This document shows, one piece after another, positions 37,986 to 47,483 of a DNA stretch of 64,000 nucleotides. Under the pieces are notes generated by a model. The model worked only from the letters and a program-made list of their open reading frames with translations, did no database searches and had not been told where the DNA came from. Position 1 is the stretch's first letter. Each line of letters opens with the position of its first letter. Source of the stretch: Polyangiaceae bacterium (GTDB taxonomy: Bacteria > Myxococcota_A > Polyangia > Polyangiales > Polyangiaceae). Both the position numbers and the translations under genes were made by a program. Location: assembly GCA_033763455.1 (NCBI GenBank), contig JANRKO010000092.1:92477-156476 (forward strand), given 5' to 3'.

Positions 37986-38753
37986 CTAGCTCTGCCTAGG
38001 GGCCAGCTGCGGCGATTGGTGGTCGCGGTAAGGTGTCTTGACCTCGGTGTCGCGCGGTGGTGAGCGGAGGTCAGACACCAAAAGCCCGTCTGCGAGCCGC
38101 AACACCCTCGGGCATTGCTCTGCCACGCTTGCTTCGTGTGTCACAATCGCGATGGTGTGGCCGTGCTGATGTAGGCCATGCAATAGCGCCATGATTTCGC
38201 GTTCCGTGCTCGAATCCAGGTTGCCGGTGGGTTCGTCCGCGAGCAGGAGCGCGGGGCGCGTAACGAGCGCTCGTGCGATGGCGACGCGTTGCCTCTGTCC
38301 GCCGGAGAGTTGATTCGGGCGATGCGACGCGCGGTGCTCCAGGCCGACCTGCGCGAGGGCTTCGGCTGCACGTTCCTTACGTTCGCGTGGAGCGATGCCT
38401 TGGTAAACGAGGGGTAGCTCGACATTCTTTTGTGCCGTCATCGAGCTGATGAGTTGAAAGCTTTGGAAAACGAAGCCAATGCGTCGACTTCGCAGGGCGG
38501 ATAATTCATCGTCCGAAAGATGCTCCACGGGCGCGCCGTCGAAGCGGTAGGTGCCGGACGTGGGTGTGTCGAGGAATCCGAGCACGTGCATGAGTGTTGT
38601 CTTCCCGGAACCCGACGCGCCAATAATGGCGACGAATTCTCCTCGCTCCACCACGAAGCTCACGCCGCCAAGGGCTACCACGCGTTCGTCGCCCATTTGG
38701 TAGTGCCGCGTGAGATTGGCGATCTCAATCAGGGGTCCGGCAGCGGTGTCCAC
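37986..38753 (-). CDS. ABC transporter ATP-binding subunit (MacB/LolD-like)
   Basis: [26 protein letters not shown]. Confidence 0.95.
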   Translation of the reverse strand: MDTAAGPLIEIANLTRHYQMGDERVVALGGVSFVVERGEFVAIIGASGSGKTTLMHVLGFLDTPTSGTYRFDGAPVEHLSDDELSALRSRRIGFVFQSFQLISSMTAQKNVELPLVYQGIAPRERKERAAEALAQVGLEHRASHRPNQLSGGQRQRVAIARALVTRPALLLADEPTGNLDSSTEREIMALLHGLHQHGHTIAIVTHEASVAEQCPRVLRLADGLLVSDLRSPPRDTEVKTPYRDHQSPQLAPRQS

Positions 38754-38898
38754 GCGGGGCAGAAGATAGCGCTGTTTGTTCCCAAGGCCATGCCCCAGCG
38801 AAGGTCAAAATGGGGGCCGGGTCCTGAGGTTTTGCGGTTATTGATATCCCAAAGCGATGATTGAGCGGAGGGCCAGAAGCCAGCGGCCACCCAAATGG

Positions 38899-38926
38899 GA
38901 AAAGGCCCCGTTCTCGGGGCCTTTTC
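38899..38926 (-). terminator. Intrinsic terminator downstream of the peroxiredoxin
   Basis: GAAAAGGCCCCG-TTCT-CGGGGCCTTTTC perfect hairpin. Confidence 0.85.
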
Positions 38927-38957
38927 AACTGACGTCGAACGACGAGAGCCGCGGGAC

Positions 38958-39563
38958 TTAGAGGTTCTTGGCGTTCTCGGAGAGGTATTGGGCTACGCCG
39001 GCGGCGTTCTCTTTCATGCCCTTGTTGCCCTTCTGCCAGCCTGCTGGGCAAACTTCGCCGTACTGCTCATTGAACTGGAGCGCGTCCACCATGCGGAGCA
39101 TCTCATCAATGTTACGACCGAGCGGTAAGTCGTTTACCAGCTGGTGCCGAACAATGCCTTCCTTGTCGATCAAAAATGAACCTCGGAATGCAACCGTTCC
39201 TGCTGGTACCTCCACGTCGTAAGCGCGCACTACTTCGTGGGTGCGATCCGCCACTAGAGTGTACTTTACAGGGCCAATGCCTCCCTTGTCGATCGGCGTG
39301 TTGCGCCACGCATTGTGCGTGTGTTGTGAATCGGTTGAGGCGCCGATAACTTCAACGTTGCGAGCCTTGAACTCATCCAGGCGGTGATCGAACGCGATGA
39401 GCTCGGTGGGGCACACGAAGGTGAAGTCCATCGGGTAAAAGAAGAGCACCGCGTATTTTCCGCGGATGGCTTCCGAGAACTGGAAGTTGTTCGTGATCTC
39501 TCCCGTTCCGAGCACGGCAGCAGTCTTGAAGTCCGGAGCTTTTCTTCCAACTAGTACACCCAT
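38958..39563 (-). CDS. ahpC: 2-Cys peroxiredoxin (AhpC/TsaA)
   Basis: FYPMDFTFVCPTE, GRNIDE, GEVCPAGW. Confidence 0.93.
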   Translation of the reverse strand: MGVLVGRKAPDFKTAAVLGTGEITNNFQFSEAIRGKYAVLFFYPMDFTFVCPTELIAFDHRLDEFKARNVEVIGASTDSQHTHNAWRNTPIDKGGIGPVKYTLVADRTHEVVRAYDVEVPAGTVAFRGSFLIDKEGIVRHQLVNDLPLGRNIDEMLRMVDALQFNEQYGEVCPAGWQKGNKGMKENAAGVAQYLSENAKNL

Positions 39564-39752
39564 GGTGGTTGCCTTCTTTCTTTTGGTTGAGAGTTTTAGT
39601 GGCCGTCCCCCCGGCGCCGTGGCCCCGGAAAGAGGCGCACCGCGAAAACGACCCGGTTAGACTGGGTCTACATATAGATCACGTCTAAAGCATTGCAAGA
39701 GGCATGAGCCTGCTGCGTTTGGTGCCCATTTTCGAGGATTTACGCTCAGGCA

Positions 39753-41072
39753 CTAGCTCGGTGGGCGTGCCGAACTGCGGGCTTCCAATAGCCGATGCAT
39801 ACCCATCGCGAGCGACGTCCAGACAGGAACAAAGAAAAGTACGAACTCCTTATTTGTCTGAAAGAACCAGGGCGTGAGCTTGAGCGTTAGCGCCAAGACC
39901 GAAAGGGCGAGTGTCGCTCTGAAAATCCAGCGCGCCTGCCGCATAAAACGCACGCTCCCAAAAGCCACACCGATGCCCGCAACGCATGCAACGAGCAGCC
40001 ATGGAGGACAGAGTGCAATGTTCTCGTTGCGGTAAGCGATCTGGTGATTGGTAAACCCCCAAAAGAAAACCAGTGCTACTCCCAACAAACCGAACACGAG
40101 GCTGAACAACGACACGAGCGTTCCATAGAGCACGCGCGCCAGCGTGGAGGAACGGGCAGACGCGCCGAGGGCGAACAAGAGCGTTCCAGCCCCAACGCCG
40201 GCCAATAGAAACCAATGCCAGGTCGTGGGTGGAACGCTAGGTGCAGGTGGCCGCGTGGCTCGATACACGGTCTCAAGTTTCGAAACGATTGGCACAGCAA
40301 CGCCGTTGCGTTCAATCTTGTAGTCGGCCAAGCTATCGAACACCCCTTCAGGAATGAAGCCTTCTTCCCAGCGATTGCGAGGTTGGTCCGCTTCCTGGGC
40401 CAAGCCAAAATGCAGGCCTACATAAAGCCAGGGAAGGTCAGCTGAGAGGCGCAGTGCGTGCTCGCGGAAATTGAGGCGCGCTGGCCGCGTCAGGAGGGTT
40501 TTCTTGAGTTGGCCTTTGAGCACCGCGTCGATGGCATCACGCACCCGGGTGGAGCAATTGTCCTTGAAGTAGTCGTACAGGTATTCGCGGTTTTCGGGGC
40601 GAGCGTTGAGCTCCAGACGCCTCCAAAGATCTAGCTTTTCTTCCGGGGTGAGGGCGAGATCTTGCACGTGGATGGTGCGATCGTAACTCTCGTAGGCTTT
40701 GAGCGTGGCGGCCGGGGGCGAGAGAGATAACCAGTAGTTGAATCTACCCTGAAGAAATTTGGTGATGAGCGAAGAGGTCTCGCCCCCGAACGTACCGAAA
40801 TTGTAGATTGCGCCGCGCCCGTCCGGGAGCTCCACCCAGATGGCATCGTGCCCAAACTTGGCAAAAGGGTGATCTCCTGGGCCAAATGTCACCACCGCAA
40901 CGCGTAAGCTTTGGGGAAGAATCGGGATTCGGCTCGTTCGCGGCTCTGCTTTGGCGTGTGGTGCACTCAAGCAGCACCCGCACATTACAAGCGTGAACCA
41001 GAGCGCGCAACGCGCCCAAAATGCGCCCCGCCAACGACGATAATCGACGGGAAAAGGTCCGAGCACAGCCAT
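39753..41072 (-). CDS. DUF4105 (Lnb-like) membrane protein
   Basis: FGHDAI, YNFGTF, YLYDYFKDNCSTRVRD, four C-terminal TM helices. Confidence 0.82.
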   Translation of the reverse strand: MAVLGPFPVDYRRWRGAFWARCALWFTLVMCGCCLSAPHAKAEPRTSRIPILPQSLRVAVVTFGPGDHPFAKFGHDAIWVELPDGRGAIYNFGTFGGETSSLITKFLQGRFNYWLSLSPPAATLKAYESYDRTIHVQDLALTPEEKLDLWRRLELNARPENREYLYDYFKDNCSTRVRDAIDAVLKGQLKKTLLTRPARLNFREHALRLSADLPWLYVGLHFGLAQEADQPRNRWEEGFIPEGVFDSLADYKIERNGVAVPIVSKLETVYRATRPPAPSVPPTTWHWFLLAGVGAGTLLFALGASARSSTLARVLYGTLVSLFSLVFGLLGVALVFFWGFTNHQIAYRNENIALCPPWLLVACVAGIGVAFGSVRFMRQARWIFRATLALSVLALTLKLTPWFFQTNKEFVLFFVPVWTSLAMGMHRLLEARSSARPPS

Positions 41073-41119
41073 AGGGGCGGAAAGCTAGCAGATGCCCGCC
41101 CCTGGCTGGAACCCGGCCG

Positions 41120-41728
41120 CTAGTTGTCGCCGAACAACGTCTGGATTTTAGCGTCCAAGGCGATTGCGATCTTGTAGAGGCTCGAAATCGACGGGCTCGA
41201 TTCGGCGCGCTCGATTTGGGACAGAAGCGAGATGCTGAGGCCGGTGCGCCGACTCATTTGCTTCAGCGTCAGCTCCTTTTCTTTTCGCATCAGGCGAATG
41301 GTGTCGCCGATAATCCGATGCAACTGTTCTTCGGGGGTGCGGGCGAGACCCTTCTTTTTCATCACCCGAGCCAGAACCTGCCGGAACTCGTCCACGTTGA
41401 ACGGCTTTTTGATGTAGTCGACCGCGTCGAGCTTCATCGAGGCCACTGCAGTATCCAGGTTCGGATGCGCTGTAAAAATGATGACGGCCACGTCGGTATC
41501 GACGGCGCGAATTCTCTTTAATACCTCGATGCCGTCCATTTTAGGCATCATGAGATCCAGGATGATCACGTGGTACGCACCCGCCCGGACTTCGTCCTCC
41601 ACGAGGGTCGGATCACTCACGGCTTTGACAGTGAAGCCATCCTTTTCGAGTAAGGTCTGCATGTACTCACAGATCGCGCGGTCATCATCGACAATCAGGA
41701 TTTTCACGCTGGGTACTTCGATCGGCAC
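41120..41728 (-). CDS. Response regulator with C-terminal XRE HTH (DigR-like)
   Basis: ILIVDDD, DLMMP, KPF; LTLKQMSRRTGLSISLLSQIERAESSPSISSL. Confidence 0.88.
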   Translation of the reverse strand: MPIEVPSVKILIVDDDRAICEYMQTLLEKDGFTVKAVSDPTLVEDEVRAGAYHVIILDLMMPKMDGIEVLKRIRAVDTDVAVIIFTAHPNLDTAVASMKLDAVDYIKKPFNVDEFRQVLARVMKKKGLARTPEEQLHRIIGDTIRLMRKEKELTLKQMSRRTGLSISLLSQIERAESSPSISSLYKIAIALDAKIQTLFGDN

Positions 41729-42100
41729 GTTGATCTCCTTGGGGCTCGTTCGCGTCGTCTGGCAGCTTGGGACTGCTTCCGATAGGTTGCAGTAGCACTA
41801 TAATAGGTTACGCGGCTTGCGCTACAGCTAGAATCAACTTCCACGGCCAGTGTGCCCCGTGCCGGTGATTATAATCTAATAATTACAAATGTTTACGGAT
41901 GCCTTCCGGGGCAACGTTGGCGAGAAAAAAATCTTCCGGGGGTGTAGGGAAGTGCGTCGAGTTGTTGGATCACGGAGCCTGTGCGGCCGAGAGTTCGGGA
42001 ACTCCTTTCGTGTGCGGCTCTCACGCGTTTCGCGCGTTTTGAGAGAAGCAGATTTAGGGTTCGCCCCAGACGGGAATCGTTTGCGGTATGCTGAGAGGCT

Positions 42101-43780
42101 ATGGCGGAGCCACAAGCGAGCTATCAGGAAGAGTACTTCACCGGCGCTCTCACCTCTACCGTTGTGCGCACGGTGGAACGCCTTGTGCGCGAGCAGTGTG
42201 TGCGGAGGCTTTGGACCATCGATCCCAGCCTTTTCACCGATGACTTCGACGCTGCTAAATCGATCCCAAGTCAAATGGGGTTCTTGCGTGCGCCCGAATT
42301 CATGGCGACGGAGTGGAATGCCCTTACGGCGTTCGTTCGCCAGATTTATCACAGCGGAGTGAGGAAAGCGCTGGTGTTAGCTAGTGGGGCAGAAGCGGCG
42401 AGCGCGCGAGTATTCTTAGAAACACTCGGTCAGAACCCTGGGTTCCCAGAAGTGCGTGTGTTGGATGACGCGGAACCGAAGCGCCTCTCCGAGGTTGAGG
42501 AATGGGTGGAACCTGGCGCAACGCTATTTGTCGTGATGGTCAAGGCCGAAATATCTGCGGAGCTTGAGTCGCTGGAGGCGTATTTCTGGGGCAAATTGGA
42601 GGGGACAGTTGCAGATCCGCAGCGTTTCTTCGTCGCCGTTTCTGAGCCAGGGGGGCCGCTTTTGCGTCTGGCGCGCCGTCGCCGCTACTTTCGAGTGTTC
42701 GAGAATCCGATTGACATTACAGCGCGCTACGCGGCTTTTTCTTATTTTGGCATGTTACCGGCGGCGCTTGCCGGCGCCGATGGGGCTCAGACGCTAGCAA
42801 GCGCCCATCGTATGGGGGAGCGCTGTTCACCCGCTATTCCCATCGAACAGAACTCAGCGCTCCGGTTAGCGTCTTTCTTGGGCGGTCTTTTCCTCGTAGG
42901 CCGCGATAAGCTCACGCTGATCCTCGCACCCGAGCTCAAGCCACTTGGGCGCTACATTGAGCAGCTGGTGATGGGGAGCACGGGCAAGCGCAAACAGGGG
43001 CTCGTAGTGGTGGATGGTGAACCCCTCGGATCGGCACAAGCTTACGGCGCGGACCGCGTGTTCTTTTACCTTAGGCTGGGTGCCGAGCGCACCGCACTCG
43101 ATGAACAGGTGGATTCCCTCGTGGTAGCGGGCTTTCCTGTTGCCACCACCACGCTCGGGCAACGCTCCGGTGTGGGGGCGGAGGTTCTGCGTTGGCAGCT
43201 GGCCACGGTGCTTTTCTGCACGACCATAGGAGTGAATCCACTCGATGAGAGCGATCTTGCCCAGACGCGTTCCGGCACGCAGCGCTTCCTTGAGGCTTAC
43301 GCCAAGGATAGCGTCTTGCCGAAGTGGAGAGCCTCCTCCCCGACTGAAGAACCACTCGGGGAGCTGCTCAAGGCTCTGCGGCGCTTTGATTATGTTTCGA
43401 TCGGAGCTTTCTTCGAAGAGACCGACGCCCGGCAGCGAACCCTGCAAGAGATCCGACGCTTGCTGCGAAGTTCGTTCGCCGTCGCTTCCACACTGGGCTT
43501 TGGAGCTCGCGGCCTGTATTCCACCGGTGGCGCAGCTCGAACCGGCCCAGTTGGCGGAGTACACCTGCTTCTTACAGCGATGCCTGAAGGAGATGTTGCG
43601 ATCCCGGAGAAGCTGTACACCTTTGCCGTGATTCGGGATGCGCAGGCTTTGGCCCACCTGCAGCTCCTGCAGCACCACGAGCGGCGAACTCTTCGGCTTC
43701 ACCTCGGCGCAGATATCGACCAGGGCCTGGTGTTGCTGCGCGACCGGATCCAGGCACTTTCGGCTGCCCCCGGCCGTTGA
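42101..43780 (+). CDS. Glucose-6-phosphate isomerase-like protein with degenerate active site
   Basis: Collinear with the PGI half of Tal-Pgi proteins (RLWTIDPSLF, GRDKLT, EQL..STGK, YGADRVF) but catalytic motifs are altered. Confidence 0.75.
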   Translation: MAEPQASYQEEYFTGALTSTVVRTVERLVREQCVRRLWTIDPSLFTDDFDAAKSIPSQMGFLRAPEFMATEWNALTAFVRQIYHSGVRKALVLASGAEAASARVFLETLGQNPGFPEVRVLDDAEPKRLSEVEEWVEPGATLFVVMVKAEISAELESLEAYFWGKLEGTVADPQRFFVAVSEPGGPLLRLARRRRYFRVFENPIDITARYAAFSYFGMLPAALAGADGAQTLASAHRMGERCSPAIPIEQNSALRLASFLGGLFLVGRDKLTLILAPELKPLGRYIEQLVMGSTGKRKQGLVVVDGEPLGSAQAYGADRVFFYLRLGAERTALDEQVDSLVVAGFPVATTTLGQRSGVGAEVLRWQLATVLFCTTIGVNPLDESDLAQTRSGTQRFLEAYAKDSVLPKWRASSPTEEPLGELLKALRRFDYVSIGAFFEETDARQRTLQEIRRLLRSSFAVASTLGFGARGLYSTGGAARTGPVGGVHLLLTAMPEGDVAIPEKLYTFAVIRDAQALAHLQLLQHHERRTLRLHLGADIDQGLVLLRDRIQALSAAPGR

Positions 43781-43851
43781 TCCCTCGCGCGCGCCTGTCC
43801 GCCTCAGCGTTGCCCTTGCAGCTCGGGGAGTGAGCCGTGTAGGAGGGGCAT

Positions 43852-44406
43852 GTGAAGCCCATCTGCGTTGTGGCCATTGTCGCGTCTACATTCATCGGCT
43901 GGACTGGATCCGCTCGTGCGGAGTCGTCCGCCTGGCTGTCGTTCACAGGTGGCCCTGCAACGTTGGCCGATGACGGAGATAGCCTGGGAACGTCGGGGTT
44001 GCTTGAGATCTCGTCGGGCCTTGGCACCAGCCCCTTGGATCCCCTGGTGTGGGGTGGGCTAGTTCGCTCTTCCACGTACTTTGCTTCGGGCACAGATCTT
44101 TCGCTGCTCGGGCGCGTTGCAACAAGTGGTTACGCGCTCGGGAACTGGGGCGTTGCCTTGGATGCCGGGGGTTACGAGCGTTTCTGGGGACGCGGTTCGG
44201 CCGGATTTACGGGGTCGCTCAGCCTTGGAGCACCTTGGGGTTTGGTTGCTTCCGCGGGTGGCATGCTGGGAACGAACTCCACGCGGGGTGCCTCCGTGAG
44301 TGTGGGATTTGATTTCGCGAGGCTCACGATTTTTCGAACCAGCGGCGAGAACTGGTGGAAAAATCCTTATCCCATCGCCGAACACGCCGCCGCCGCGAGT
44401 CGCTAG
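43852..44406 (+). CDS. Hypothetical secreted / small beta-barrel-like protein
   Basis: Signal peptide (ARA|E), Gly-rich amphipathic strands. Confidence 0.65.
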   Translation: MKPICVVAIVASTFIGWTGSARAESSAWLSFTGGPATLADDGDSLGTSGLLEISSGLGTSPLDPLVWGGLVRSSTYFASGTDLSLLGRVATSGYALGNWGVALDAGGYERFWGRGSAGFTGSLSLGAPWGLVASAGGMLGTNSTRGASVSVGFDFARLTIFRTSGENWWKNPYPIAEHAAAASR

Positions 44407-44418
44407 CTGCCCAACGTC

Positions 44419-45780
44419 TTAGCCAATAGCTCGAAGCTCGGTGATCAGTTGATCGAGCTCGGCGCGCGTATGTTTTTCTGTTACGGCGATGAGCAACCTA
44501 TCCGCCAATTGGGGTTCAATTCGGCCTAAATCAAGGCCCGCCAGGATCCCTTTGGCTTCCAGCTTGGCACACACCTCGGCGGCACTCCGACCACGCACCT
44601 TGACGGTGAATTCGTTGAAGAACGGTGCTTCTTGGGCAAACCCTGCCTCGAAGCCTGGCAACTTCAAGAGCTCCGTGCGCAGGTAGTGCGCTTTGGAGAG
44701 GCACTGCTCGGCGACTTCTACGAAGCCGCTCTTGCCCAAAATGCTCATGCGAATCACAAGTGATAGGGCCAAAAGGCCCTGATTGGTGCAGATGTTGCTC
44801 GTGGCCCGTTCACGTCGAATATGTTGCTCACGAGTGGCTAAGGTGAGTACGAACCCAGGCCGACCGTTACTATCCACCGTTTTGCCGCAGATGCGGCCGG
44901 GCAGTTGCTGTAAGAACTTTCGATCATCGCGGCATGCAAATAGGCCCACACCTGGCCCTCCAAATTGAGGAGGACACGCAATGGGTTGCCCTTCGCCGGC
45001 GACAATATCAGCTCCCATGTTCCCCGGAGCTTCGGCAATCGCCAACGCGTAAGGTTCGCTGTTGGTGACAATCAGTAGTGCTCCGCGTGCATGGGCCGCA
45101 TCCGCAATGGCGCGAAGATCGCTCACCGTTCCGAAAAAGCTGGGATAGCCCACCATCACGGCGGCCACGTCATCCCCTAGCGCGGCTTCGATCGAGGCTA
45201 GGTTCGGACCGCCATCTTCCCCAACGGAAAGCGCACGGTAGTGTTTATCGGATTGGCCTTGCAGATATGTTTGCGTGACGGCCCGGTAATCCGGATGCAC
45301 GCAGCTGCTGACCAGGATGACGTCGCGTTTGGTGAGGCGGCGCGCCATTTGAGCAGCCTCCGCTGCAGCGCTGGCGCCGTCGTACATGCTCGCATTGGCC
45401 ATCGGGAGGCCGTAAATTTCGCTCACGACGGTCTGGAATTCCCAAATCGCCTGCAGGGTGCCCTGAGCCACTTCAGGCTGGTAGGGCGTGTATGCGGTGT
45501 AAAACTCGCTCCGGAGCAGCAGTTGATCAACAGCGGGCGGAATGTGATGGGCGTACATGCCGGCACCCAGAAACGAGAGCAGGCTAGCTCCGGTATTCTT
45601 GGCGGCGATGCTGCCGAGGTGGCGCATCAGCTGCGGTTCGGCTAGCGCAGCGTCGAGCTTCATTGCCCCAGAAAATTGCGCTTCTTTGGGGATGGTATCA
45701 AACAGTGCATCCAGCGAAGGCCTGCCTATCACCGCGAGCATTTGCTCGATTTCAGAAGGCGTGTGGGGCAGGTAACGCAT
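44419..45780 (-). CDS. gcvPA: Glycine dehydrogenase subunit 1
   Basis: MRYLPHT, EFYTAYTPYQPE..QG, NASMYDG, TREQHIRRERATSNICTNQ. Confidence 0.95.
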   Translation of the reverse strand: MRYLPHTPSEIEQMLAVIGRPSLDALFDTIPKEAQFSGAMKLDAALAEPQLMRHLGSIAAKNTGASLLSFLGAGMYAHHIPPAVDQLLLRSEFYTAYTPYQPEVAQGTLQAIWEFQTVVSEIYGLPMANASMYDGASAAAEAAQMARRLTKRDVILVSSCVHPDYRAVTQTYLQGQSDKHYRALSVGEDGGPNLASIEAALGDDVAAVMVGYPSFFGTVSDLRAIADAAHARGALLIVTNSEPYALAIAEAPGNMGADIVAGEGQPIACPPQFGGPGVGLFACRDDRKFLQQLPGRICGKTVDSNGRPGFVLTLATREQHIRRERATSNICTNQGLLALSLVIRMSILGKSGFVEVAEQCLSKAHYLRTELLKLPGFEAGFAQEAPFFNEFTVKVRGRSAAEVCAKLEAKGILAGLDLGRIEPQLADRLLIAVTEKHTRAELDQLITELRAIG

Positions 45781-46178
45781 CAGTGTGCGGCCTCCTCAAG
45801 ATGAGCACGATACGCGTCGGGAGTGAGCAACGAGGCCGGCTCTGAAGTTGGGCTAATCGCGATCATCCAGCCCTTCGTCCAGGTGTCCTCGTTGATGAGT
45901 TCCGGACTGTCTTCGAGGGAGCCATTGATGCGAGTGACCTTGCCGCTAACCGGAGCATAGAGGTCGCTCAGGGTCTTAACGCTTTCGATGGTGCCAAATG
46001 CTTTCCCTGCTTCGATCATGTCGCCCGGGCCAACGTCGATGCTGACCAACGTGATATCCCCCAGTTGATCGACGGCAAACGCGCTGATGCCCACGAGCAC
46101 CTCACCGTTTTCTGTCTTCGCCCACTCGTGGTCTTTGGTGTATTTGCGGTCGTCTTTGACTTCTGTTGCAAGGCTCAT
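45780..46178 (-). CDS. gcvH: Glycine cleavage system H protein
   Basis: YTKDHEW, IESVKTLSDLYAPVSG. Confidence 0.96.
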   Translation of the reverse strand: MSLATEVKDDRKYTKDHEWAKTENGEVLVGISAFAVDQLGDITLVSIDVGPGDMIEAGKAFGTIESVKTLSDLYAPVSGKVTRINGSLEDSPELINEDTWTKGWMIAISPTSEPASLLTPDAYRAHLEEAAH

Positions 46179-46240
46179 AGCTCAAGGTTCCTGTATTGTT
46201 GCTGAGCGAGGTCGGTGCGGTGGCTCTTCCGTCACCGCTT

Positions 46241-47356
46241 TTAGGAAAGGCGAGGACGCTTGTAAAAGGGGGTTTTTACGACTGTGGCCTCGATGTTTTT
46301 TCCGCGGCAATCCACTAGAAATCTGGTGCCCACGGCGCTCATCCTAGTGGGGAGGTAGCCGAGGCCAATGCTCTTTGAGAGCGTGGGGGAGGGGCCACCG
46401 GAGGTGCAGATGCCCACCGGGGTTCCCGCAAGATCTAGCAGGGGATAACCGTGACGCGCGATCCCTTTTCCGAGCATCTCGAACCCCACCATTTTCCGGG
46501 CCGTTCCCTGACGCTGAATTTCAAGCAGAGCGGCTTTCCCAACAAAGCTTGGCTTGTCTAACTTTACGACCCAACCAAGGCCTGCTTCTAGCGGATTTGT
46601 GGTCTCGTCAATGTCGTTCCCATAGAGCGAGAGCCGCCCCTCTAACCTGAGCGTGTCGCGTGCGCCGAGCCCGACAGGCGCAATGCCGAAGCTTTGGCCC
46701 GCGTCCAGGAGCCCGCAGAACAGCTTGCGCGCTTGCTCATTGGAGCAAAACAGCTCAACGCCATCTTCGGCTGTGTAGCCCGTACGGGCCACGGTGCAGT
46801 CGACACCGCCGATCTTCGCGGTTCGAAAGTGAAATGGCTTGAGCACTGAGCCGAGCGAAAGAGGCTCGGTACCGAGGGCGTCGAGCACGTCGAATGCTTT
46901 GGGTCCCTGAAGCGCCAAAAGCGCCGTTCGATCGCTGATGTCTTCGAACTCCGCTTGGGTGCCTACGAAAGCCGCGACATGTTTGGCGATCTTGTCGCGA
47001 TTGGAAGCGTTGCAAACGATCAAGATGTCGTTCGTGGCCCGCTTGTAGATGATGAGATCATCCAAGATGGTGCCCTGCTCATTGCAACAACATGTGTACA
47101 TCGCTTGGCCGTCAGCGATACGGCTGAGGTCATTGGTGACGAGCTCGTTCACGAGGGATTCGGCCTTTGGGCCTTTCACCACAAGCTCACCCATGTGGCA
47201 GACGTCAAAAAGCCCGGCTCGTGCTCTGACGGCTTGGTGCTCGGCCACGATGCCTTGGTACTGAATGGGCATCTGCCAGCCCGCAAAGGGCACTATGCGA
47301 GCACCCAAGCGTTGGTGTTCCTCGTAAATCGGGGTTTTGCGAAGAGATTCGTCCAC
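46241..47356 (-). CDS. gcvT: Glycine cleavage system T protein
   Basis: FAGWQMP, LFDVCHMG, RTGYTAEDG, GLGARDTLRLE. Confidence 0.96.
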   Translation of the reverse strand: MDESLRKTPIYEEHQRLGARIVPFAGWQMPIQYQGIVAEHQAVRARAGLFDVCHMGELVVKGPKAESLVNELVTNDLSRIADGQAMYTCCCNEQGTILDDLIIYKRATNDILIVCNASNRDKIAKHVAAFVGTQAEFEDISDRTALLALQGPKAFDVLDALGTEPLSLGSVLKPFHFRTAKIGGVDCTVARTGYTAEDGVELFCSNEQARKLFCGLLDAGQSFGIAPVGLGARDTLRLEGRLSLYGNDIDETTNPLEAGLGWVVKLDKPSFVGKAALLEIQRQGTARKMVGFEMLGKGIARHGYPLLDLAGTPVGICTSGGPSPTLSKSIGLGYLPTRMSAVGTRFLVDCRGKNIEATVVKTPFYKRPRLS

Positions 47357-47483
47357 GGTGCCCCTCGCCTACCGTGGACACGCCTAGGAGACAATCCTTT
47401 CTTCCTTGGGAGCCAAACCTTGCGCGTTCTCATGCGGCCGAAGGCTTCGGGTTTCTATACGGGCCGTGCTAGGATTTGGGCCT

